A stretch of DNA of 34,869 nucleotides from Abditibacteriaceae bacterium (GCA_031425655.1 JANPJS010000044.1:1-34869), one strand, 5' to 3'. Shown: positions 18,929 through 28,449, numbered from the stretch's first letter. The notes: generated by a model not told the origin, from the sequence alone. A program made the numbers and translations.

Positions 18929-20197
18929 ATGAGCAAAAAACCAATCGCCGTTATTGCACTCATCATAATGGTAGCAGCGGCCATTTTTGGATGGTTGCAT
19001 TTTCACCCCCAAAATCGGCAATTGCGTCTCACAATTGTCGAACAAGGCATTCCCGCCACGGCGCTACGCAGTGCTCGCGTGGGATATGAACCGGGCGGCC
19101 AGCTGCATGTGGAAGACAATTTGATGGAAGCTACGGACGGACGCGGCGCCCGCAAAGAACGCAGCACTTGGGAAGTGCTCGATATGCGTTTCCGGGCCAC
19201 GCCTCAGCAGGAATGGAGGGCTGTGCCGCCGCCGCCCGGTTTAAAGGCGGCTTCGTGGCCCGTTGTGCTTCCGTGGTCTGGCGATTTACCTTATAAAATG
19301 GTCAATGGCCTCGCCGACAAAGCCGGCGAATGGCAAGTTGTATTGCGTAATACGCGAACTTACAGGGATAACGGCGGCACATGCCAAGGGAGTGCCGAAC
19401 ACACTCTGACACAAGTGCTGCGTGAAGATACACAAAAGCCTGCGTTTCGCCCTCTGGTGCCGGGCAAAGCCTACGTCGCAAGCATACAATGGAAGGAAGG
19501 CAATAGCTGGCGGGAAATTCCGCAGGCAGGTCAGGCCGAATTTCCGTTGATGCTATCGAGCGAAGGTTTTATGGATTTGCGCGCCGTCAACAAGAACCCC
19601 AAAGAACCGTGGCCCGGTGCGACCGGCGAGGGCGACAGTTGGCCGCGTTGGAGTGGTGACGGTATAGAACCGCGAAGTCCCGGTGATGCTCTGATGATGC
19701 TTGATAATCCTAATTTAATAGCGCGTCATGCCCGCGATTACAAAACCGTGTCCGCCATCTGTGGCAATACGGTGCAGCGACAAATCCTCTTCTTGCCCAA
19801 ACCCGACATCTTCGTGCGCGAGCCGATTCCAGCGTTTTCAAAGACACTGCGCAAGAAAACGAAAACGCTCAAATTCAACGTCGAAGCGGACGTGAAATGG
19901 GAAGGCGGCTGGCATCCTCCCATAAAGGTTCGCTTTTCTGCCCGTGAAATCAGGCGTAGGAGCGAGCGTTCTGCTGCCAGAACGATAGTCCAAATTAACG
20001 GCTCTGCGATTCAAGACGATACTGTGACTTTGCCAAGTGGCGGCGGAACCGCAAAAGTCACCTTGGCTGTGCCTGAAAGCGCCGGAATCGTGGAAGTCAA
20101 AGCTTGGTTAGTCACACCGGGCAACAACAGTTGGTTTCATAGCACACGGTTTAGCGCTTCAAAATTCAAAGCCGCTAAACCAAAAAACACAGGATAG
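18929..20197 (+). CDS. Hypothetical exported/membrane-anchored protein
   Basis: 422 aa ORF with N-terminal hydrophobic helix; shares motifs with the next gene. Confidence 0.75.
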   Translation: MSKKPIAVIALIIMVAAAIFGWLHFHPQNRQLRLTIVEQGIPATALRSARVGYEPGGQLHVEDNLMEATDGRGARKERSTWEVLDMRFRATPQQEWRAVPPPPGLKAASWPVVLPWSGDLPYKMVNGLADKAGEWQVVLRNTRTYRDNGGTCQGSAEHTLTQVLREDTQKPAFRPLVPGKAYVASIQWKEGNSWREIPQAGQAEFPLMLSSEGFMDLRAVNKNPKEPWPGATGEGDSWPRWSGDGIEPRSPGDALMMLDNPNLIARHARDYKTVSAICGNTVQRQILFLPKPDIFVREPIPAFSKTLRKKTKTLKFNVEADVKWEGGWHPPIKVRFSAREIRRRSERSAARTIVQINGSAIQDDTVTLPSGGGTAKVTLAVPESAGIVEVKAWLVTPGNNSWFHSTRFSASKFKAAKPKNTG

Positions 20198-20219
20198 CCA
20201 TCAAATGACTTCGTCAACG

Positions 20220-20256
20220 AAAAGCGCCGCCCGCGAAATTCGTGTGCGGCGCTTTT
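20220..20256 (+). terminator. Intrinsic terminator
   Basis: aaaagcgccgc...gcggcgctttt. Confidence 0.65.
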
Positions 20257-20300
20257 GGTTTGTGCAATGATAGAGTCATCGCATCTCAAAGGTTTATTTC

Positions 20301-21305
20301 ATGAAGGATTTGCAGCCATCAGATAAAGGAATCGTGGTTGTCGGCTTGCTGTGCGTCGTGGGGTTGTTGCTGGCTGGTCAATGGGTGTCGCACCGTCCGC
20401 CGCCTCGCGTGGTCATTGCTCCCACGGCAGCTCCGGCACCGACCGCCACTACTGTGCCAACGCCTGTGCCAACGCCCACGCCGCTTCCGCCTTTGGGGCC
20501 GCTCAGCATCGCGGTGCGAAATTCAAACGGCGTGGAAATAGCCGGTTTGCCCGCTCCGGCGCGCGTGCTGAATGGAGTCATCCAGATGCCGTCAGGCGAT
20601 ACAATTGAAAAAGAAGAGTGGAGTGTGCTTCGTTGCTTTTGGCTGCCCAAAGCCAAAGGAAAATGGCAAATCTATACAGGGGGCAACCCGCCCTTTCTGT
20701 GGAACTCTCATCATGTCATCGTGGGCGAGAATTGGAATTCCCAGCGTCTTCTGAACGATAACACTCATAAAACTTTTGATACAGCCTTTATCTATGCTCC
20801 GATTGGTCACTGGAAGATGGACATCCAGCTCGACACCACAATCCGTCATTATGGCGGTGACAGGACGAGGCAGGCCATTCGCACCATTGAATTCATTGTA
20901 GACATGAAAACGCTGCGTTTAACGTCTCTATCTCAGGCGAAGTTAGCACCATTCAACCCACAAACACCCCAACGGATTGCAAAGCTGCAATACAAGCGCA
21001 ATAGCAGTTATAAAGGTTACCAGTGGCATGATGCGCCGCAGTCAGGCAAGCCGGAATTTCCTTTATTCGTCAGAGATTGGGATATGGTTTGGTTTCGTGC
21101 TGTGAAAGCAAAGTCCAACCTGCCGTGGCCTTCAGCCGGGCACTTTTCGCCGATTTTTTGGAACACCCAGGACGATAACTCCGCAGGCGACGACTTGGAG
21201 TCTTTGGTATTTGAAAAGAGCGCTCAACCGATTGTTATCTCGGCGCAGTGTGTCAACGTGAAATCTACTTTAGTCTGTGTGCTACCCAAAGGTGCAGACC
21301 AATAA
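20301..21305 (+). CDS. Hypothetical membrane-anchored protein with Pro/Thr linker, distant paralog of the upstream gene
   Basis: 334 aa; TM followed by PTPVPTPTP linker; PQSGKPEFPL / RAV...PWP / SAQCVN...LPK match the upstream protein. Confidence 0.75.
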   Translation: MKDLQPSDKGIVVVGLLCVVGLLLAGQWVSHRPPPRVVIAPTAAPAPTATTVPTPVPTPTPLPPLGPLSIAVRNSNGVEIAGLPAPARVLNGVIQMPSGDTIEKEEWSVLRCFWLPKAKGKWQIYTGGNPPFLWNSHHVIVGENWNSQRLLNDNTHKTFDTAFIYAPIGHWKMDIQLDTTIRHYGGDRTRQAIRTIEFIVDMKTLRLTSLSQAKLAPFNPQTPQRIAKLQYKRNSSYKGYQWHDAPQSGKPEFPLFVRDWDMVWFRAVKAKSNLPWPSAGHFSPIFWNTQDDNSAGDDLESLVFEKSAQPIVISAQCVNVKSTLVCVLPKGADQ

Positions 21306-21314
21306 TTCTGAATC

Positions 21315-21349
21315 AAGTGGGCACACTCGAATTTCGAGTGTGCCCACTT
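21315..21349. terminator. Near-perfect palindrome after the CDS (terminator or REP-like)
   Basis: aagtgggcacactcgaa-t-ttcgagtgtgcccactt. Confidence 0.6.
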
Positions 21350-21533
21350 CCGCACCAAACGCCGCATTTCAACGCGATAAACACGCGAAATTCACAATTC
21401 TTGCAAAGTTTCGGAAAGCACTTGTAGGAAATCGCGCACGGAAATCGGTTTGGTGAGATAAGCGCGGGCGCCGGTTGTCGGCGGGTGATTAATTCTTTTG
21501 TGAATTTCCCCTTACTCAAAACCTGTGACAATC

Positions 21534-21563
21534 AAAAGGCGCTGCCGGTTGGCAGCGCCTTTT
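21534..21563. terminator. Bidirectional intrinsic terminator of the YHYH gene
   Basis: aaaaggcgctgcc-ggtt-ggcagcgcctttt. Confidence 0.8.
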
Positions 21564-21565
21564 AT

Positions 21566-22615
21566 TTATCTGCGCGGAGGCGGCGGGAAAGGCGGCGGAG
21601 GCCCGAAACCGCCATGCGGAGGCCTGAAACCATCGGGAGGCGGGCCAAATCCGCCGCCGGGCGGGCCGAAACCACCGGGGCCACCGTTCGGCCTTCCGCC
21701 GGGGCCGCCATTTGGCCCGCCTCCCGGCCCTTTGTGTTGAAAGCTAACGTCCGGCGTGCCGCGAAAATTGCGCGGCACGAAGGGAAATTGCTCGGTGATG
21801 AAGTAATGATAAATGCCTTTGGGATAGTCCGGCGTGACGCCAAAGCGACCGTTGCATTCGTCTAAATCGCCGCTTCCGGCGACGTATTCGTAATCGCGCG
21901 TGAAAGTGCCGTCGTAGGCGCCGCCCGGCCCGTCGTTGCCGGCGGGGCGCGTGCCCGGCTTCAAGCGATAGCTGGGACGCATCTTCTGCAACTCGCTTTT
22001 GGCATCGCCGGCTTTGGCATGGCCGTAATTCGCGTAAATCGGAAAGCCGTCTGCCGCCCAGCCGAGCATCGTCATTTTTTGCTTCTTTTGAAGCTTGGCG
22101 ATCAGCGCCGTCGGCAGACCGTGATAATGATAAACGCCGCCGGGCTGGACGTGCGCGTTGCTGGCGTCGGTTCCCATATTGAGCTTGCCCGTAAGCGCTT
22201 CGTAATTCCAATCGGCGCGCCGGTCGCGGTTCCAATATTCCGCCGTGCCGGGGTCGAAAGGCACGCCGTTGAGCGCCACGCCAAAAAGCCCATGTCGCAG
22301 CGGCGTGGTCTGCGCGGCAGCTTGCGGCTCTGCGGGCATTTTGAATGCGTAGTTTTGCGCGCTGATCGTGCCGGGATTGTTGCGATTGGGAAACTGGCCG
22401 GTTTTGTGGTCGGCGATGCCGTTGGACGTGATGACGCGAACGCCGTCTTTGAGCGTGATGCTGACCTTGTTTTTGAGGGCGTTGGGGTTATCCAGCGCGC
22501 CGTCGTCGTCTTCCGTGTGCGTCTGGATGGCGTGCAAAAAAGCATCGCCGGGATGCGCGACGGCGATGCTGCCGGCCAGCGCCGTGACGCCGATTAACAG
22601 AAAAAATGGTTTCAT
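21566..22615 (-). CDS. YHYH domain protein, secreted, with Gly/Pro-rich tail
   Basis: Signal peptide; GVALNGVPF, HVQPGGVYHYHG, GWAADGFPIY, DLDECNG, YHYFIT motifs. Confidence 0.92.
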   Translation of the reverse strand: MKPFFLLIGVTALAGSIAVAHPGDAFLHAIQTHTEDDDGALDNPNALKNKVSITLKDGVRVITSNGIADHKTGQFPNRNNPGTISAQNYAFKMPAEPQAAAQTTPLRHGLFGVALNGVPFDPGTAEYWNRDRRADWNYEALTGKLNMGTDASNAHVQPGGVYHYHGLPTALIAKLQKKQKMTMLGWAADGFPIYANYGHAKAGDAKSELQKMRPSYRLKPGTRPAGNDGPGGAYDGTFTRDYEYVAGSGDLDECNGRFGVTPDYPKGIYHYFITEQFPFVPRNFRGTPDVSFQHKGPGGGPNGGPGGRPNGGPGGFGPPGGGFGPPPDGFRPPHGGFGPPPPFPPPPRR

Positions 22616-22822
22616 CGAATTGTCTCCTTCAAAGCAAGTCTAAGCCGCATCGCGCCGCCGTGCCGCCATTCTAATGTGAAGATTTCTGAACTTGGAAAAG
22701 CGCAACGAAGCGACGGAAAAAGACTCTTTTGTAGAGATCACCGTTGCCCCGGTGCGGCGAGGTGTGTATACCGAAAGAGTTTGCTTGATGCGCTTTTTCA
22801 TCGGCTGTGCCGATTTTTTCTC

Positions 22823-24475
22823 ATGTCGCCCAGTTACTTTCGCCGTTTTTGCCGTCGCTCCATCGTTAGTTTTGCTACGCTGAGCGCTTTGTCGTCGCTG
22901 TCCCACGCTCAGGCGCCGGTTCCGGCCCCCGCACCGGTTCCCAACGTCCCTGCCCCGCCCGTTACCGTTCCAGCTTCGAATGCACCCGCTGTCAACGCGC
23001 CGGCCACTTCCGCCGCGCCCGCCGGAACTGTGCCGCTTTTGCCCGCTCCGGCGCCTGTTCCTGCGGTTCCGGCAGTTGCTGCGACTCCGGCGCTGCCGGC
23101 GCGCGGCGTTTATGAAATCACCGGCGCCGCGCCGTCGCTGAGCGTGTTTGCGGTCGGCGTGGACGCGCAGGAATTGTTTACGGCCATCGCCGACAAAGCC
23201 AATCTGCGTCTGGTGATGGACGACATCGTATCGCGCTCGATTACCATCAATATTCCCACCAAACCGGCGCGGCAAATCGTGGACGACATCGTGTCGGCTT
23301 ACGGGCTTTCCGTCGCCGAAGTCGGCGGCGTGACGATGATTTCCGAAGGCATTCCGCGCTCGCCGTCGTCGTATTTGCTGTCGGATATTGACTCGATTCC
23401 CACCAAATACGTGGACGCCGCCAACGCGCGCAACCTGCTGCCGGTTTTTTTGCAGGATTATGTGAAAGTCAACGCCGAGCAGAATTCCGTGGTGCTTTCG
23501 GCGCCGCGCGAAGTGCTGGCCAAGTTCCGCGAAGACATCGCGCAGTTCGACATTCCTGCCGCGCAGATTCTCATCGAATTGCAGCTTATTGAACTCACCG
23601 ACACTTCGCTCGATCAGTTGGGTTTGAATTTCAACTACAACAATTCCGGGCACGGCGGCGGCTTCAATAACGAAACGGGCAACTTGGTTTATCGCACGCT
23701 TTCGAGCCTGACCGACCAATTTCGCATCAATTTGCAGGCGCTCAAAGAGCAGGGCAAAGCGCGTGTGCGTGCCAATCCGCGCATCGCCACTGTTTCGGGG
23801 CGGCGCGCCTCGGTTTTCGTGGGGCGCCAGCGTTACGTGATTCAGCCGATTGTAGATTCCAACGGGCGTTCGTCGAACTTTATTGATGCCGGCGTGCGAT
23901 TGGGCATCACGCCGTTTACCGGCGGGCAAAGGCAAGTCCTGATTGACGTGGACGCCGAAGTTTCCACGCTTTCAGCGCCCGATCCGGTCACGCGCCTGCC
24001 CGAAAAAAGCACGCGCACTGCCAGCACCATCGTGCGCGTCAACGACGGGCAAACCATCGTCATCGGCGGCTTGCGCCAGCAGGAAACGCGCGCCGTGAAA
24101 ACCAAAATGCCGATTTTGGGCGATATTCCGATTTTGGGCAAGATATTTTTTCAAAGCAAAGACGTGCGCAGCGCGCAAACCGAACTCGTGCTTTTTATCA
24201 CGCCGCGCATTCTTTCGGATACAGGGCATTTGCCCGAAGCCGAAGAAAAGCAGCTTAAAGACACGTTTTTGAATTCCGATCTCAGCCGCGCTTTGCCGCC
24301 GGCACCGCCCATCGAATTGCCGCGCGAATTGCGCGAGGCTTTCGGAGCGCGCGGCTCGACGCTGCCTTTGCCGCCGGAATTGAATGGCCCGTCGCTGCCG
24401 CCGCCGGGCGCGATGTCGGGCGGCGCGCCCGTCGCACTACCGCCGGCTCCGGTCGCTCCGGCGCCCAAACCATGA
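22823..24475 (+). CDS. Secretin (type II/III secretion, GspD/PilQ-like) with Pro-rich termini
   Basis: FDIPAAQILIE, ANPRIATVSG, DAGVRLGITP, DGQTIVIGGL, KMPILGDIPILGKIF, ELVLFITPRI. ATG at 22823 gives a signal peptide ending SHA. Confidence 0.9.
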   Translation: MSPSYFRRFCRRSIVSFATLSALSSLSHAQAPVPAPAPVPNVPAPPVTVPASNAPAVNAPATSAAPAGTVPLLPAPAPVPAVPAVAATPALPARGVYEITGAAPSLSVFAVGVDAQELFTAIADKANLRLVMDDIVSRSITINIPTKPARQIVDDIVSAYGLSVAEVGGVTMISEGIPRSPSSYLLSDIDSIPTKYVDAANARNLLPVFLQDYVKVNAEQNSVVLSAPREVLAKFREDIAQFDIPAAQILIELQLIELTDTSLDQLGLNFNYNNSGHGGGFNNETGNLVYRTLSSLTDQFRINLQALKEQGKARVRANPRIATVSGRRASVFVGRQRYVIQPIVDSNGRSSNFIDAGVRLGITPFTGGQRQVLIDVDAEVSTLSAPDPVTRLPEKSTRTASTIVRVNDGQTIVIGGLRQQETRAVKTKMPILGDIPILGKIFFQSKDVRSAQTELVLFITPRILSDTGHLPEAEEKQLKDTFLNSDLSRALPPAPPIELPRELREAFGARGSTLPLPPELNGPSLPPPGAMSGGAPVALPPAPVAPAPKP

Positions 24476-26286
24476 GGCGCCTTTGTGGAATGCGAAGCGG
24501 CGCTCTTCGCCCTCCCCTAACCCCTCCCGACGGGAGGGGAATACTCCTCCCCCGCCGGGGGAGGCAGGGTGGGGGTCTTCTCCTGCTCTTATTGTTCTTC
24601 TGTTCTCCGGCATCCGCGCAGCTTGCCAAAAACTTTTACAACATCACGCGCATCGAAACGCGCGTTTTGCCCAACGCGGTTCAAGTCATTATTCGCACCG
24701 ACGGCGTGGTGCAATTCGGCGGCGATTTAGACGAACTTTTCGTTTTTGATGAGCGTGGACGCTTTCAAACGCGAACTTTGACCAAACTGCGCCTGCGTTT
24801 TGTCAAAGCCCGCGCCAAACTGCCGGTTTTCAACGAAGTCGGCGCTTATCCCATTGATGGCGCCGTCGTGACGCCGGGGCGCGACGAGTTGAAAATTCCG
24901 TATCTGAGCGGAGAAAGCGACCCCGGCGACCCCGTCACCGACATAGAACTGCGCTTTTACGTGCCCATTCGCTTGATGCGGTTCGCGCCGTTCGGCAGCA
25001 CCGGCGACATTGGCGACGACAACGGCGGCGGCCTCGATTTCAGCAATGTTTTAGGCTCGCTCGAAGCCGGCGTCGAACTGGGCCGCGACCGCCGTTCGGT
25101 TGTCATTACCGTCATTCCCGACCGCGTGGATGCTCTGCGAACGCCCAGTTTGCGCCGCGCGCCAACGCTTACCAAACAACGTCTTTCTGTGAAAGCGCTG
25201 GCCGGAAAGCCGGGCCAATATCGCTTCGACGTGCTGCACACGCCGCTGCATCGCGTGTTGGACGAAGTCGCGCAAACCACGAGAACACAACTGCTGACAC
25301 GCAGCGAAATCGCCGACATGGACGTGTCGCTGCTGCTTCCCTCGGCGACACCCGGCGAGTTTTTGCAGGCGCTGATCGCCGGTTACAATTTAAGTCTGGC
25401 GCCGATTCCACTGCTCGAAGGCGGCGGCCTGCAAATCGGGCGCGGCGGCGATTTGGATGTCACGGCGCGCGTGCCGCTGAACCATCTTACGCCCGAAAAT
25501 GCGCGCCTTCTTTTCCCCGATTTTCTTTTGCCGCGCCTGCGTGTGGATTCCGAAAACAACGCTTTGCTTGCCACGGGCACGGCGCGCCTTGTAGCGCGCA
25601 TCGCGCACGACGTGGAACTGCTGGATCAGCCGCGCCCCCAAGTGCGCGTTGAGGCCGGCGCCTGGGAAGTGACGGGCGGCGCCAGCTTCGATTTCGCTTT
25701 GCGTGCCGCCTTCGACGGCGGCGATAAAAATCTCGGCGGCGCGTTGGATTTGGGGGAGGGCGAAACCGCGCTCGTGATGAATCCGGCGCGGGCTAAAGCC
25801 TTTTTCCTCGCGCTGACCGCGCTCCAGACTAAGCGTAGTGCGCGCTTGATAGCCAAGCCGTTCGTCGTGGTCGAGTCGGGCCAAAAGGGCGTTTTGTTTT
25901 CCGGTCAGGATCGCTTCATTTCGGTATTGCGAGTGCGGCGCGGGCAGCAAAATCTGGAAACCGTGCCGCTGCAAGTCGGTTATTCGCTCGAAGTCACGCC
26001 GCGCGTGGGCGGCGTCGAAAAAGACGCGGAAATTCTGCTCGAATTGCATCCGAAGGTTTCCAATGTCGAGGAAATCGAAGCCGGCACCGGCTTGCCGACG
26101 CTCTCGCTGCGCGAAGTGCAAACCACGCTGCGCGTGCGGCCCGGCGACACCGTCATTTTAGGCGGGCTGGAATCGCAGTTCGAGTCGAAAAACAAGCGCG
26201 GTTTCCTGGCTCCGGCGCCGTCGCGCCGCGATTTCGAGTCGCGCACCATGCTCATCTTCCTGGTCACGGTGCAGCGCGCCGACTAA
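24472..26286 (+). CDS. Second, divergent secretin-domain protein with a distinct N-terminal domain
   Basis: LDQPRPQVRVE, AKPFVVVESG, VGYSLEVTPRV, PGDTVILGGL, IFLVTVQ; ATGA overlap with the first secretin. Confidence 0.82.
   Translation: MRRLCGMRSGALRPPLTPPDGRGILLPRRGRQGGGLLLLLLFFCSPASAQLAKNFYNITRIETRVLPNAVQVIIRTDGVVQFGGDLDELFVFDERGRFQTRTLTKLRLRFVKARAKLPVFNEVGAYPIDGAVVTPGRDELKIPYLSGESDPGDPVTDIELRFYVPIRLMRFAPFGSTGDIGDDNGGGLDFSNVLGSLEAGVELGRDRRSVVITVIPDRVDALRTPSLRRAPTLTKQRLSVKALAGKPGQYRFDVLHTPLHRVLDEVAQTTRTQLLTRSEIADMDVSLLLPSATPGEFLQALIAGYNLSLAPIPLLEGGGLQIGRGGDLDVTARVPLNHLTPENARLLFPDFLLPRLRVDSENNALLATGTARLVARIAHDVELLDQPRPQVRVEAGAWEVTGGASFDFALRAAFDGGDKNLGGALDLGEGETALVMNPARAKAFFLALTALQTKRSARLIAKPFVVVESGQKGVLFSGQDRFISVLRVRRGQQNLETVPLQVGYSLEVTPRVGGVEKDAEILLELHPKVSNVEEIEAGTGLPTLSLREVQTTLRVRPGDTVILGGLESQFESKNKRGFLAPAPSRRDFESRTMLIFLVTVQRAD
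24511..24575. repeat. CCCCTCCC/GGGAGGGG-type REP-like double hairpin in the secretin 2 N-terminus
   Basis: cctcccctaacccctccc-gac-gggagggg aata ctcctccccc-gcc-gggggagg cagggtggggg. Confidence 0.75.
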
Positions 26287-26295
26287 TCAACTTTT

Positions 26296-26553
26296 TTTAA
26301 CCGCCGATGAACGCGGATAAACGCGGATTAAAAAGGGAAATGCTTGTGCAAATTCTCTCTCATGTTATGCAGTGGATGTGTTAAGCGGATCAACCCCTGA
26401 GGTATTGAGTCATTCTGAGTCCTGCCCAGAGGGCACCCGGAAGAATCTCGGCGCTTCGTGAATTTGCCTGCCTATCGCACTCCACTGCGTAAGGTGAATT
26501 CTCTGTCGTTCTAAAAATCTATCCGCGTTTATCCGCGTTCATCAGCGGTTGAA
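26296..26553. repeat. Long inverted repeat (AACGCGGAT units) enclosing nested elements
   Basis: aaccgccgatgaacgcggataaacgcggat ... atccgcgtttatccgcgttcatcagcggtt. Confidence 0.85.
26420..26438 (+). mobile_element. 19-nt mini-element, copy 3 (A variant)
   Basis: tcctgcccagagggcaccc inside gtcattctgag...gaagaatctc. Confidence 0.7.
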
Positions 26554-26578
26554 ATCCGGCTTTTGTTAGGAATAAATC

Positions 26579-28399
26579 ATGTGGTTGATGACCCAATACG
26601 GCTTCTTTTCGGTTGCGCGGCAGGGCGAGGACAGCGCGCTTTATCTGGTGCGCGCACGCGTGCGGAACGATTTGGAAAATTTGCGGCGTCTGGCGCAATT
26701 AGACAGCGATATTGTTGATTCGCAGGACGCCGATTATCGCTATCGCCTCTTTATTTCAGAAGGCGAACTCGAAACCATCATGAGCGTGTTGGCGCAAACC
26801 GTAGACTACGAAAACTTCCAGCAGCGCATCGGCGAATTGCCCGATCAGAAGCCAAAAAGCAGCGCATATCGCCATGTTTGGTCGCTGTTGCGCGAATTGC
26901 CGGAGCCGCCCGGAGAGGACGTTTTGCCCGACGACGATCTGCGTTTCTGGCCCGCCGATACCGGCGAAATCGAAGCGATGTTTCAAGAAGTCATCGCGTG
27001 CGGGCAAAGCGGCGAACACGAACACGCCCTCGAATTGTTGGACGAAATCATCGCCAAAGCGCCTGGCGCTCCGGTTCCGCATTGGCTGCGCGGCGTGCAT
27101 CTCGGCTCGCTGGGGCGGCACGAAGAAGCGGTTTGGGCTTTCAAAGCCGGGTTGGATATCGAGCCGGGCGACGCGCACGCTTTGTTCAACATGGCCCTTG
27201 CCTGCACACGCACCGGACGCCACGATGCCGCACAGCTTTCGCTCACACGCGCTTTGGAAGCCGAGCCGGATTTCACCGACGCGCTTTTCGTGCTGGGCTT
27301 TGTCTTCGCGCGCGAAAACGACATCGAAACGCCGCAAACTTTGGATGAATGGCTGGCAACGCACGATGACGACGACGCAGATTTGCCAAGCGCAGCAGAA
27401 AGCGCCGAAGCCTATTTTCTGCTGGCGCTGGCCTATATAGCCCTTGATGACCGCGATGCAGCGCTGCTTCAATGGGAAGAATTGCGCGACTTGAAAGCGG
27501 AGTTGGCAGAGTCGCTGGAACCGTGGCTTTTCGCCGAATTATCGGTGCGAGGCGAGATTTCGCCTCCCGATGAGTGGGAAAGCGAAAACGACGACTTGCG
27601 CGCCGCTTTGGAACGCGCCGCGCGCTGGGCTGCGCTGGGCGATAAAGTGCCGGAAGAAGCGACCGAAATGGTGTATCGCGCGCTGATGGACGGCTGGCTT
27701 TTGGTGCCGCTCAACGACGAGCCGGAGGAACACGAAATCGGCACCAGCTTGGCGCTGCGCTCCGGCCCGCTCGACGGGTTAAACGGCGAAACCGGCCTTG
27801 TCGCTTTTACCGACGAAGCCGCGATGGAGCCGTTTTTCGACGGCATGGCCGAGCATAACGTGGTTTTGCAAGGCGCCGATTTGTGCCGCGCTTTAGCGCA
27901 GATGGCCGGCAAATGGACGGACAGTGGCCACGCGCCCGTCGCTCTGGTGCTCAATCCGGCGGGGCCGCATCCCTACGCGCTGAGCTTGCCCAGTCTGGTC
28001 TTTTTAGCGACGGGCGGTGTGCCGCTCGACCCGGAACACGCGGTTATCGGCGAAGGCACACAAGTCGAAATCCGCCTGCCCGAAGCAGGCGAAAGCGGCG
28101 CCGACGAGCATTTAATGGCCGCGTTGCGCGCTGCGATTGAAGAAAGCGCGCCCGAAACCGGCGCCCGCGAAGTGTGGTGGTTCGAGGTGCGCTTTGGCGA
28201 AGGCGATTTGCATCTGGGATTGGGCGTCGCGCCCGGCGAAACAGCCGTCGTGGACGCTGTAGGGCGGGCCGTCAACGCGGCGTGGAGCGAACACGCGCCG
28301 TCGCTGGCGGTTTACGACGTGCTTGGCATGGAAGGCGACATGGCGATTCGCATTCGCAATAGCGGCGCGCTGCTGTGGCAAAGCGCCGAGCAAAACTGA
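26579..28399 (+). CDS. Multi-domain protein: uncharacterised N-terminal domain, TPR repeats, SseB-like domain(s)
   Basis: N-terminal MW..GFFSV...VRAR..DL...DYRYR...DYENF; TPRs (EPGDAHALFNMALA, EPDFTDALFVLG); SseB-like LLVPL...LVAFTD...LVLNPAG. Confidence 0.75.
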   Translation: MWLMTQYGFFSVARQGEDSALYLVRARVRNDLENLRRLAQLDSDIVDSQDADYRYRLFISEGELETIMSVLAQTVDYENFQQRIGELPDQKPKSSAYRHVWSLLRELPEPPGEDVLPDDDLRFWPADTGEIEAMFQEVIACGQSGEHEHALELLDEIIAKAPGAPVPHWLRGVHLGSLGRHEEAVWAFKAGLDIEPGDAHALFNMALACTRTGRHDAAQLSLTRALEAEPDFTDALFVLGFVFARENDIETPQTLDEWLATHDDDDADLPSAAESAEAYFLLALAYIALDDRDAALLQWEELRDLKAELAESLEPWLFAELSVRGEISPPDEWESENDDLRAALERAARWAALGDKVPEEATEMVYRALMDGWLLVPLNDEPEEHEIGTSLALRSGPLDGLNGETGLVAFTDEAAMEPFFDGMAEHNVVLQGADLCRALAQMAGKWTDSGHAPVALVLNPAGPHPYALSLPSLVFLATGGVPLDPEHAVIGEGTQVEIRLPEAGESGADEHLMAALRAAIEESAPETGAREVWWFEVRFGEGDLHLGLGVAPGETAVVDAVGRAVNAAWSEHAPSLAVYDVLGMEGDMAIRIRNSGALLWQSAEQN

Positions 28400-28449
28400 A
28401 TTCTTAGAAGCTGTCTGAGAATAACCATTAATCTTGGGTTGAGCTGCTT

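Noticed and set aside
21485..21865. Plus-strand Arg/Pro repeat ORFs
   Set aside because: They are antisense readings of the Gly/Pro-rich tail of the YHYH gene.
22640..23935. 431-aa minus-strand ORF and similar antisense ORFs (10930-11865, 16939-17796, 25390-26121)
   Set aside because: They are shadow ORFs opposite well-supported genes in GC-rich DNA, with no recognisable motifs.
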